From Eledone cirrhosa (Eukaryota), in the NCBI GenBank assembly GCA_964016885.1, contig OZ024742.1, forward strand, positions 133,300,001-133,364,000: a stretch of DNA of 64,000 nt, in the 5' to 3' direction. The notes beneath the pieces were generated by a model. The model ran no database searches. It was not told where the DNA came from and saw nothing but the letters and a program-made list of their open reading frames with translations. Shown here one piece after another: positions 53,408 through 64,000 of this stretch. A program made the position numbers and the translations under genes. Numbering within the stretch: position 1 is the first letter of the stretch; each line of letters opens with the position of its first letter.

Positions 53408-56400
53408 TACTATAATGGATCATAGTGGATTGTTTCATCTAAAATGAAAGCACTGAAAGCATTGTGCTGAGGTTCAAGAAAGGATTATCTAACGTGTGAC
53501 TTTATTAAATAATTATCCAACTTCGCAGACATCAAAAATCATTTCTCAGATATTTGGCTATTTTTAATAGAGATATCGAAATATAAACGTTTCATTTTGA
53601 AGTGTTCTAATTAGCGATGCGCGTCATTGCTAACTAAACTCAGCAGAATACAAACTATGAACCACATTCTCAATTGAAATTTTTTTCCGGATACTGTAGG
53701 ATATATCCAATTTCTTTTTCTTTTTTGCATTCAACAAACTTTCCACAGAAATAGGTTGTAGTTCACAACTAAGTATGGATTACGATGTACTTCTGGTGAA
53801 ATACATAAAATATGCCTGAAAGTTTGAGCCAAAATAATGATACATTTTTTCTGCCAATAAGCAGGAAATATGACACAGATAAACATGAAACAAACGGCAA
53901 TTCAAACGAAATAGAAAACCGATATTGAAATGCTGAAAACATAACATAGCGTTGTGAGAAATATGAATCTTTGTTACGTATCCTCAAAACCATGTGTCAT
54001 ACTATTCATTAATATTGACTCTCATTCCGACTCTCTGCATCCCTGTCCCTCTTTCTCTCTCAGTCCTCTCCTCCTTCCTCCCTCTCTCTCTATATATATT
54101 TGTATGTAAATGTATATATAGTATATGTTGTTAAATTTTGGAGTTTCATGCTGCCAATAAAAAGCCAAGCTGCAGTTCAGTTTTACTTCAGTTTTAGTTT
54201 GAGTAGGTAATTAATACAGTCGTTTAAGTTAATAGCAGTATTATTGTTTCATTGTCATAAATAATTGTCAAAGCTCTCCCAACACGGATTGTGTGACCTT
54301 CATGACCACTAATCTTTCTCTGGCGTATCTTTTATATTACATGTTATATTTATCCCATTATCTTACTGACAGAAAGAAAACAGGATGTAGATAGAAAGAA
54401 TTCAAAATAAATTTAAAACACGGATGGGTATAAATATTTGAAAAGATCAGAGAATGTATGCCGAAAGAAATTTTGACAAAGAAAAAGTAAAATATGAAGA
54501 ACAAGTACAAAATAAAAAGATAAGGCAGAGGAGCAAACATTGTTATTTAGAAGCTGAGAATTGATAATTAAATAACCATCTAATTAGAAGGAATATCTAG
54601 ATTACTGAAAGCATTGTATATGATATAAATAATTATTGTGTGTTGTAGCTCCAGTATACGGAGGAAAAGCTGGGGGTTTAACCCTGCGATGGACTAGCGT
54701 CTTGTCCAGCAGAGAAAGGATTTTTGTTCTATCAGACGCTTCACGCTACAGCAACCTGGCATAAACACCAACCTCATGATTCAGACTTTAGAATATGGGA
54801 ACTCACTCTTCGTTGTGAAAAGCACAACTAATATACACTCATTGTTTTCAATAAATGAAACATAAATTCTTACTTCGTCTTATTATTGATTATGGAAATT
54901 TGGGTAGTATTTAATAAGTAATTATATACGTATACGTAAATATATCTATCTTACAATCAGCATTCATGTATTCGTGTATTTGTAGGTTCAGATGTGCCTG
55001 TACTTGTCTATTTTTACGTATGGTTGTGTTGTAAAATTTATCTATTCATGTAATTACCTCTTCTAAACCTTGCGGCTTTGCGCCAATAATTTCATAGATT
55101 AGCAGGTGTTCACACCCAGTGACTGATAATATATACTCATATAGTGTTACATAATTTCTCCTTACTAATCGCTGAATGCACGGATAAGTCTGAGAACATT
55201 TTGATGTTCACTTTAATTATGATAATGCCTCACATCTCTGTTGAGAAGAACATATATGAATGAAATTTGAAATGTACTTGTAACTATTAATCCCAATACG
55301 ATCTATTTCTGCAATGCAAATAATTTAATCCGAATAGTAATTTATATAGATAATAGCTTATGTAATATATCTTTAATATATAAATGGTTCATTTCCCATT
55401 AAGTGTATGACCTCCACGGAATCATAGACACTGAGCTCAATAAATTGAAAAATCTTCGTATTAGCAATTCTTGAATCGTTTACGTCAATTCATAGTGAAA
55501 TATTATATTGTAGGAAATAAGACATTCGAAAGGATTGAGAATCATCAATATAAATAGAGATGAAATTCCGAGTTAAAACAAGAATGGAAATTAAATTAAT
55601 GAAATAATACTCTCTGCGTTTCTTTAACTTATTGCTATATTGTTGTTTCCCTAATACTTAAATTGATCAGTTTCGAAATACATTTGAAGAATATACCGAT
55701 TAAGCAAATCATTTAGAAACAAAATTGCCGCAGTGGAAACAAGAAACGTAAATGTTAAATCAGATATTAAGAAATATGTTACACTGTATATAAATATATA
55801 CGGTGTCATAGCGGAAAATATTAGCATGAAGGGATTTAAAAGATTCAGTCTCAGAGCCTTGGTAAATATTGGCTTTCACTTTTGCAACCAGCTTAGAAAT
55901 TTACAGCCTGCAAATCAATTTTAAAATGTACGATTTTATAGTTTATCTAAAAAGTTTTTAATCCATAAGGATGCATTTCAATAGAACGATGTGGGAGTGT
56001 GATACGTTTCTCACAAGAACACTCTTTTTTATATTTGCAACAACTGCTGTGTAGCCACGTTAGTGCGAAATTGGCAGGAAGGTACTCTTACTCTGCTTCA
56101 CATACACAAAGGTATCACCGCTCTAAGTGATCCTGCTTCTTCGAGCTCTCATGACAATGGTATAACTGGATAGGCTTACACCCGTTTGCTGGCGTTTGAT
56201 AACTAGCCTAGTGGAATAAATATGTGACTGTAAGATCCAATATTCCAGTAAAACAATTTTGCTCGTAAGTAATAGTACGGTGTTGGCTGGTGTTGAATCG
56301 TTGCCGCTGGATCAATTGATTCTGCAGTTGGACCACCGACTGTGGCTAGATATTCTCCCAGACAAACGGTAAATTCCATAAACTTAATGTCAAGAAGATA

Positions 56401-57104
56401 CGTATGTGTGTTGGGTGGCTGCAATACATGTAATTGCTTAAAATACGGCATTTGATGCCTCAAGGCTATATCGGATTTGCCATACTTTGCGTTAAAATTA
56501 GTTATGCCGTCAACCATATAACTCAGACGATGCGATAAATACGTTGCGCGGCAAAAACATTTAAGGCAGATAATACATAACAATTGACATTTGGAACACT
56601 AAGTAAAGTCATGTATGCGATGGAGAGTAAGATCTCTCAGTGACTCTTAGAAGATTTAAGAAAGGTATAGACTGAGATGGGCCGTGCTCTATACTTTAAT
56701 GTCGAAAATATATTTGAAATGGCTTATGACGTTTTGTCACCACATCTATACAAGATGCCAACCAGCGTCGAGTAAAACCATAGCATGATGTTTACAAGAA
56801 TACTCTTGGTCACAGGATCAGGTCCCGACAATGGCCTACGATGATGAAAATAGTGAGGAATTCTAGAAAACAAAATATTTTTAAGACATGCAATACAAAT
56901 TTCTCCACCACTCAAAGTGATTTTAATAGTTTTAAGAAAACGATATTTCGATATAAATGTGCCAAGTATAAAGCAGCCCGTATATGGCTATGTACTACAC
57001 TCAATGGATCGATTATAATTTAGTAGGAAGAGGATTCACGAGTAGAAAGATTAAGCAAAGAGCGACAGCTATCTTATTATCTTATAAGGTGGTGGATTGG
57101 CTAG

Positions 57105-57305
57105 GATGGTGGACTGGCAGTATCGATAGAGGGTCGGACGCCATGCTTTACAGCAAAGTAAAGCATGATTTACTGCTCTTTATGGTCTGAGTTCAAATCC
57201 CGCCGAGGTTAACTTTGCCTTTCATCCTTACGGGGTCGATAAAATAAAGTGCCAGTAATACACTAGGATCATTGCTGGCCTTGTGCGAAAAGTAGAAACA
57301 ATTAT
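57105..57305 (+). mobile_element. SINE family 1
   Basis: TGGACTGGCAGTATCG...GAGTTCAAATCCCGCCGAGGTTAACTTTGCCTTTCATCC...AGAAACAATTAT. Confidence 0.9.
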
Positions 57306-59054
57306 ATTGGTTGTGGTTCATGATAATGCCACAATAAACATGAGGATATATAATATTATATAAAATAATATATAAAAACTTTTGATATGAAATAAATTGA
57401 AAGGACAATATATCTCTGAAGAATTTCAAACTATACCTGGAGAGAAGTTGCTCCGCTAGTCCCGAGGAAAAAGTTCCGCAAACACACACTATGATTCACA
57501 AATCAGTCAATTAATACTTCGAAGAAAAGAACATTAATAAGAGAACAGAGAGAACAAAAACAATATAGTTATAGCAATAAGAAACATGAAGAGTAATTAC
57601 AAAACGAATGAGATTGGCGATGATAGTGTGCTCGGGACAGAATTATTTTTTGGATCATTCACAGAAATATTCTCACTCCCAAACGGATTTCAGTAAATTC
57701 ACGTTCCAAAGTCGAAGCGTTTTATGAATAACATTCCATGATACTACTTCAATACAATTTCAGGAAATTCGGGAATCGAATATATCTACCTACTAGATTG
57801 TAAATCAATCGCAAATCCTACAAGCCTAAATGGAGATATCAAATGAATTCCGAGATAGACATTGAAATGATGAGGGCTGTCAATGTAATGATTCGCTTCT
57901 AGTGAATTACTAGCGTCTATTTCTTACATAGATGATGAAAGTCACCATATACAACATTTGTGGTGTTCGTTGCGGTGTTTATTATCAACTTAAATATTGT
58001 GGCATGTCAATAACATTTAATTACTTGCCAGTGAAATGGTGTCGTTTTAGATATATATATACAACATTAAAAAAATGTTCTATTAAATGTTTTCAACGCT
58101 AACAATGAGTGCAGTGGCCCCATTTTTGTAGACAAATATAAGACCCCTATTGCGTTTTTTAAACATCATGTTGCCTTCCTTGCAATGTTATAATTAAAAT
58201 ATATTTTTTGAATGGTGTAAATTCAGAGAATTCTTCGTATTTAAAAAAATAGAAATCATTTGGTTCTCTTCATTATATACGATTGCAGTGTTTTAGAAAT
58301 CTATCGGAGCAAACATAATGCGGTTAACGAAATATTATATATGTTGTGCGCGTAAGTATTCAGAGTTAATTCTCAGTTATGTCTGCAATATAGGTTCCAT
58401 GACTCTCACGTAGATGATATAATTAAAAACAACGAAAACATTTCAGAATAACATATGGAATACATGGGGTTATCATTGACACTAGAAGGCATTTAACATT
58501 TATAAAAATATTTGAGCATTAAAAACCATGATTGAAATGGTAATTCCTCTTTTGACAATGGAATGCATTAATGTAGGTCATATTTCAACAGAAGCCATAT
58601 CTTGTTGTACGTGAGGTGATGTGACATAATATGTGGTAATTATCACACTCTTTCAATTGTTTAAATATTATTAACGATCAATATGTGATGCTTTCCGTAA
58701 AGTAAGACGTAGCCTACAGCTATAGGAAGACCCAGATTCTATTTTCTGTTAAAGGCATTTCCCTGTTAACAAGCTTCAGTATGTTATTGTCATCTCATTC
58801 ATTTCCCGTATAATTTTTTTAGCCCCAAGGTTAAAGAAAAATCGTGTTTGGAATGAAGTGTTCGAACGTAACATGCGTAATGTTGTATTACTTGAACTGT
58901 GAATCTTTCTAATGCAGTTGTCTGTTTCTAAATATTTAGAAAAGAGATCTCTAACTTCACAGCAGACTAAGGAACACAGTACACAAATAAAATGTTAAAT
59001 AACTAAATACAACTAAAAAAAAAATATCGAAGGTTATTTATATTTCCTCCAAAA

Positions 59055-59265
59055 TAATTATTTCTTCATTTGGCACAAAGCCAGTAATTTGAAAGTAAAT
59101 GGAAACTGATATTCGTCGATCACAGTGTATTACGGGTACTTTATTTTATTGACGCCGTAAGGAGCAAAGGCAAACCTAACCTTGGCAATATTTGATCTCA
59201 GAACATACATGGGCGTCACTATATGCCATAAATCATGTTGTCCGACGCTCGACCTATACTGCCTA
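59055..59265 (-). mobile_element. Old, diverged SINE family 1 copy
   Basis: TTTGGCACAAAGCCAG...GGTACTTTATTTTATTGACGCCGTAAGGA..AAGGCAAA. Confidence 0.75.
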
Positions 59266-59653
59266 ACTACTGCGCATATTTCCTGTGTTGGAATAGCAAG
59301 AAGTGATACCATAAATATACAAAGCCTAACTTATTCTCTGTAATATGTAAATATATATTTTTAACAAAAATACTACATCCTCTGTTAGTCAACTAACAGA
59401 GAACGAGGGAAACCACTGACAGAGATATGAACTCTCCTCTATAAATATGTATGTAAAAACTAATCATTTTTCTTCCTCTTATTATTATTCGTATAAACAT
59501 GAAACTTAACTGCATTGTGCACATTCGCAGTTGAAAAAGCATAACATTCTGAAACCGGTACCACTTTATAACTGATAAAGGAAAATTATACCCCGTTTGT
59601 ACTTTCCTCTTATTTATAAATACACCTTATCCAGAAACTACACAGCCCCTGTT

Positions 59654-59718
<65 letters not shown>

Positions 59719-59764
59719 AATATGTGTGTGTGTGTAGGAAAATGTTGAAAGTGAATTCTATACA

Positions 59765-60450
59765 CCTTCCTAGAAACATCAACAATAACCTAGTTAAAAA
59801 CATCTCCCTCCGCTAATGAGCAGACATTCGATGAACATGCGCCTATTACAATCAGGCCCTCAAGTGAAGTGGCTTTCGGGAGGAAACCTCCTTTTACCCA
59901 GCCTCCCCAAGCGGAACCACCAGGTGACACCGCCGCTCAAGGTAGGTCAATCCTCCCCACAATGCCGAGGTTGAAACTCCAATCAGGAAAATCTTCTTTA
60001 GACTCCTCGAAAAACACTTCCCACCACAACACAGCTACAACAACATAATCAACGAAAACACTATCAAACTATCCTACAGCACCACACCCAACTTCGCACA
60101 AAACATCTCCTCCCCAAACAACAGATGCCGAGAACATAACCTGATCTACCAATGCAACGTGAGGACGGAACACTCCAACAAAGCCTATATTGGATAAACG
60201 CTTATGACTTTAAGACGCGGCTCTACCAACAGGACATACGTTCAGAAACCTTTCCCGGCGACATGCCACTACACTTACGGGCCACATCTGGGAACTTCAA
60301 GATAATAACATCACACCCCATCTTACTTGGAGCTTACTTTCCAGGACTAACTCCTATACGGCAGGACACCGGAGGAAAAAATACAAATGCTGTTTACGAA
60401 GGACCAACTCCTAAACAAAAAAGACGAACTTGTAACCGCATGTAAACATC
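59765..60450 (+). pseudogene. Decayed Hydra-type PLE thumb/linker/endonuclease fragment
   Basis: NNLVKNISLR, ANEQTFDEHA, NPPHNAEVETPIRKIFFRLLEKHFPPQHSYNNIINENTIKLSYSTTPNFAQNI, NLIYQC, AYIG..FKTR. Confidence 0.85.
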
Positions 60451-61779
60451 GATCGCGTAGGACTTACCTTGCATTCAAACCTCCTCACCACCCGGGTGGG
60501 TAGACAATGGCTGTAACATCCTTCTTTTCCACAGTTGCCGAACAAGATAGGGGAAACCCCAGCATACATAGGTAGATTTAATTCTTTTCTTTTTCTTTTT
60601 TCCTTTTGTCTCTTCTTCTCACTTCCTTCCATCTCCTTACCTCTTCCTTTCTCCCTGTTCCTCTTTCGCTTACCTTGAGGCAGGCTAACGGTCTTTTGTA
60701 GCCTCAGTACCCAAACACCCGTAAATTCTATATAGCATTGGCCGAAAACGCAATACCAGCTAACGGAATACCATCTAAAAATATATCAGCTGTTTTAGAC
60801 CGTAGTGTTTATTAGTTTTTATTATTTAATGTTTTAATATTATTATTTATTACTCTTTAATGTTTTCATTTTAATTTATTAACTTTTTAATTTGTTTATT
60901 TTATAACTTCTCACTCTCAATTTGCTCTAGAATTCATTTTTCGCCTGCTTTCTAGCTAGCCTAATCCCTCCACAATCCTTAGCATTTTCTGTATAGAATT
61001 CACTTTCAACGCTTGACCGGATTAATACACTCCCTCATTGTTTTACAGGCAAGTTAATTCACCTACCGCCATGAAAGTCTTAATTGTGTTTACAAGGAAT
61101 TTTGACCAATCCTTTCGACAACTACAATCTTAAGAAATGCATCATTATCTCACGCCCATATAAGGAATTACCCCTTGAAATGTTCGGCTATTTACTACCA
61201 CGCTAAAAAAATCCAATTTAGCCCAGAAATTCCGTCGAAACGGCTCGAGCTCTGTCGTTGGGGTCTTGACCATTTTCCTAATACCCAATCTACTACCCAA
61301 AGTATTGAGTACTCTGGTGCGTTATGGTCCAGCTGGTTCCTTACCACACTTCCTTATATATATATATATATATGTTCTACAACTATATATATGTATATAC
61401 AGTGGTAGAACACTGGGAGGTAATATCCGTAGCGGTAGAGCACTCAGTCCATGGGACAAGTTAGGTTATATATATATACATATGTAGTTCATGTCCTAAA
61501 TAACAGACACTTAACTACAGATATATACATGGTAACGTTGGTGCAGCGTAGTGATATACACGGGGAATTGGGCATTTAGATCTGGCAATGTTCATTTTTT
61601 CGATACCTGAAGAAAACCGATTTATTCTAAAAAAATATTGAATTGGTCTATATAGCATGAAATATAGCTGCCCTCTGCAGAAAATGAACAAAAAGTGTAG
61701 AGACGGAAATATAGAACTACAGAGCGGTTGGTATATCTACTGACCACATTGCGCCCCCTGGTGGAGAGCAGCGAACGCC

Positions 61780-63110
61780 GAGCCACATTCCATCTTCTAG
61801 GCACCCAGTCTCGGTTTCTTCTTATCCCAGGTCAGCAGCTCAGTTAAAGAGACGAGATGCAGAAATGCCTGTCTCAGGAAGGGAGACCGCACTTATTCAC
61901 CATTTAAGAATATATGGAGATGCCGTAGTCCCAGCGCGTGATTGCGCATCATCACTCACGGTATGGCCAGCCATCTGCGTAGAGGGTGTTTGCAGAAGAT
62001 GGACAGCCTCAACAATGAAACTTGTCCCTTCCACAAAAGGCGTAAGAGCAGAAGTTTCAAATCAATGAGGTGCGAATGGGTGCAGAATACAGTCAGGCGG
62101 TAGTAGATGACGGACCCGATGCACGTGTTCACCACATCCACCCAACCTTTCAGCGATAGCTTGTCCTACTCTAATTTCTGGGTGCGAGTGGCCAACCTGC
62201 TCGTTACATCGTCACAGTCCTTATCCATCTGGAGGTCCGCCCCAGACCCAGAGTATCTTCAAAGGTCCGTCCAACTAGCTTCCGCCGACACTGTTCAATG
62301 GCATGGATTTGACACTCCAGGTGCCGAAATACCTAAAACAATCCACTTTTCCGTGTTCAGATTTGTTCCCGTCAACTTTCATATTCTTCTAAGAACGTGC
62401 CGACCACATCCATTTCCAAGGTATTCGCCACCATCACGGTTGTGTCGTCCGTATATGCCGACACAGCCCTTTCACGACCCAGTCCGAGTGGGTCACCCTA
62501 AAACAGCTCCAGATTGTGTAGTAATGGCACGAGAGTCAAGACGTACAGAAGGGAGAAGAGAGAGCATCCTTGACGAACCGATCCCTCGATCTGAAATGGT
62601 TTCCAAAGGTAGCCAATTACGTTGGCCACCGAACAGATGCTACTAACATTGCAGTGATCAAGCCTCTGAAAATGGGACCGAGACAAGTGCCTAAGAGGTC
62701 AGCCTCCAGTAATCGACTGATCTAAATTTGTCAGAGCCCCACTAAAGCCAGGTCTACAGCCCACGCTCTCTCTGATGTATTGCATAACATAGAGGTTGTC
62801 GTGTATGGACCCAGTCGGGAGTGCGCAAGTTTACGGCACTCCTACCAGATCTTCGACAAGCGCTAACACCTTGGCCAAAATATTAAACTCTGTGTTTAAG
62901 AGCGTTTTGTGTATGAAATTATTCACAGTATCCCTCTCTTTCACATCTTTCATCACCAGCGTTACCTGGAATGCCCGTTCTGTGACCAGTTGCAGTAGTG
63001 CGCTTCGAGGAGATCGGAGAACAAGCGTAGCATTTCAAAGCAATGGGTTGGTCATCAAAAACGGGTGATTTGCGCCTTGTGCAGCCAACCAGGGCAAACC
63101 AAATCTAGTA
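61780..63110 (-). pseudogene. Decayed Tx1/L1-clade LINE reverse transcriptase fragment
   Basis: Minus frames: TLLNTEFNILAKVLA, SIHDNL, SVRQGCSLFSLLYVLTLVPLL, VSAYTDDTT. Boundaries approximate. Confidence 0.85.
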
Positions 63111-63364
63111 GGCATGATTTGGAGTGGGGTGTAACCTACATTTATTTTTTTTTACAAAAAATAATTTAGAGAACAATTTCAAATTTAAAGTTCATATATT
63201 TGGACGAAGGACCCCTTATTGTTGGAAGTATCTTCTCCATGGTAAAGATAAAAACTCATTGTCCATTTCGTAACAAAGATAAAAAGCAATATAGACTGAT
63301 TGATATACACACACAAAACTAACGTAGCGAAAGCAGGTGTGGCCTATCTTTCAGAGACAAACAA

Positions 63365-63733
63365 TAATAATTGTTTCTAATTTAGGCAAAAAGCCAACAA
63401 TTTTGGGGAAGGGGAAAGCCATTTAAAACGACCGCAGTACATTACTGGTACTTTATTTTATCCACCCCGTAAGAATGAAAGGTAAATCTAACCTTTCCAG
63501 AAAGAAAAGAGACCGATGCTCTACCGGTATTGCCAATCATAATAATTGTTTCTACATTTGGCACAAGGCCAGCAATTACTCAGTGAATTAGTGGTACTTT
63601 ATTTTATCGATCCCGTGAGAATGAAAGGCAAAGTTAACCTCGGCGGGATTTGAACTCAGATCATAAAGGGCCGTAACTCTATGCTGCAAAGCATAGAGTC
63701 GGACTCTCTACCGATACTGACAATCCACTGCCA
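63365..63733 (-). mobile_element. Two adjacent SINE family 1 copies (older 63365-63538, younger 63540-63733)
   Basis: Two successive AATAATTGTTTCTA..GGC...GGTACTTTATTTTATC...GCCAAT units. Confidence 0.88.
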
Positions 63734-64000
63734 ATAATAATAATATTACTACAAATACTAACACCACAATTACGAGATTTTAGCTGCATTTTATCCCCAA
63801 GTAAATATTCTATTAAATGATACCCAGGAAAACTAGTTGGCGTGGCCAATGACTATTTTCTGAGATGATCGGGTGTGATAAGCGAATGATTTGACTGCTA
63901 TTTCTCCTAGGTAAAATGACCATGTTAATGCTCAATTCTCATTAGCTCATTTAACTGGCTGCCTTGATTTTGACTAATGAGGCCGCCGTATGCTATTTCT

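Noticed and set aside
56160-56400. Possible very old RTE remnant, and the overlapping 126-aa minus ORF
   Set aside because: Only faint motif echoes with many stops; cannot be supported without a profile search.

Overview
AT-rich, gene-poor animal DNA dominated by (TA)n, (CA)n and (GA)n microsatellites, with one 200-N assembly gap (702-901). The repeat content suggests a cephalopod such as octopus; this is an inference. I found no intact host protein-coding gene, and nearly all ORFs in the track are translations of microsatellites. The recognisable content is mobile DNA: several families of Penelope-like elements (PLEs; Hydra-type RT+GIY-YIG, plus Neptune-type), RTE and Tx1/L1 LINE fragments, two tRNA-derived SINE families, and foldback or MITE-like elements. 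The main hidden signal is RNA structure. By hand I count 10 type-I hammerhead ribozymes (HHRs) with intact cores from about 8 unrelated sequence families, plus several variant or decayed ones. Most sit in a shared 3' cassette of HHR, then A(A/T)TAAA, then (TA)n. The best candidate for a new system is a non-coding 514-516 bp tandem array (12763-14568, inverted copy at 12366-12741). Each unit carries a circularly permuted HHR-like motif with two extra hairpins and a possible loop-loop pseudoknot, which suggests a retrozyme-like, circRNA-producing element. All folds are manual predictions and none is tested.
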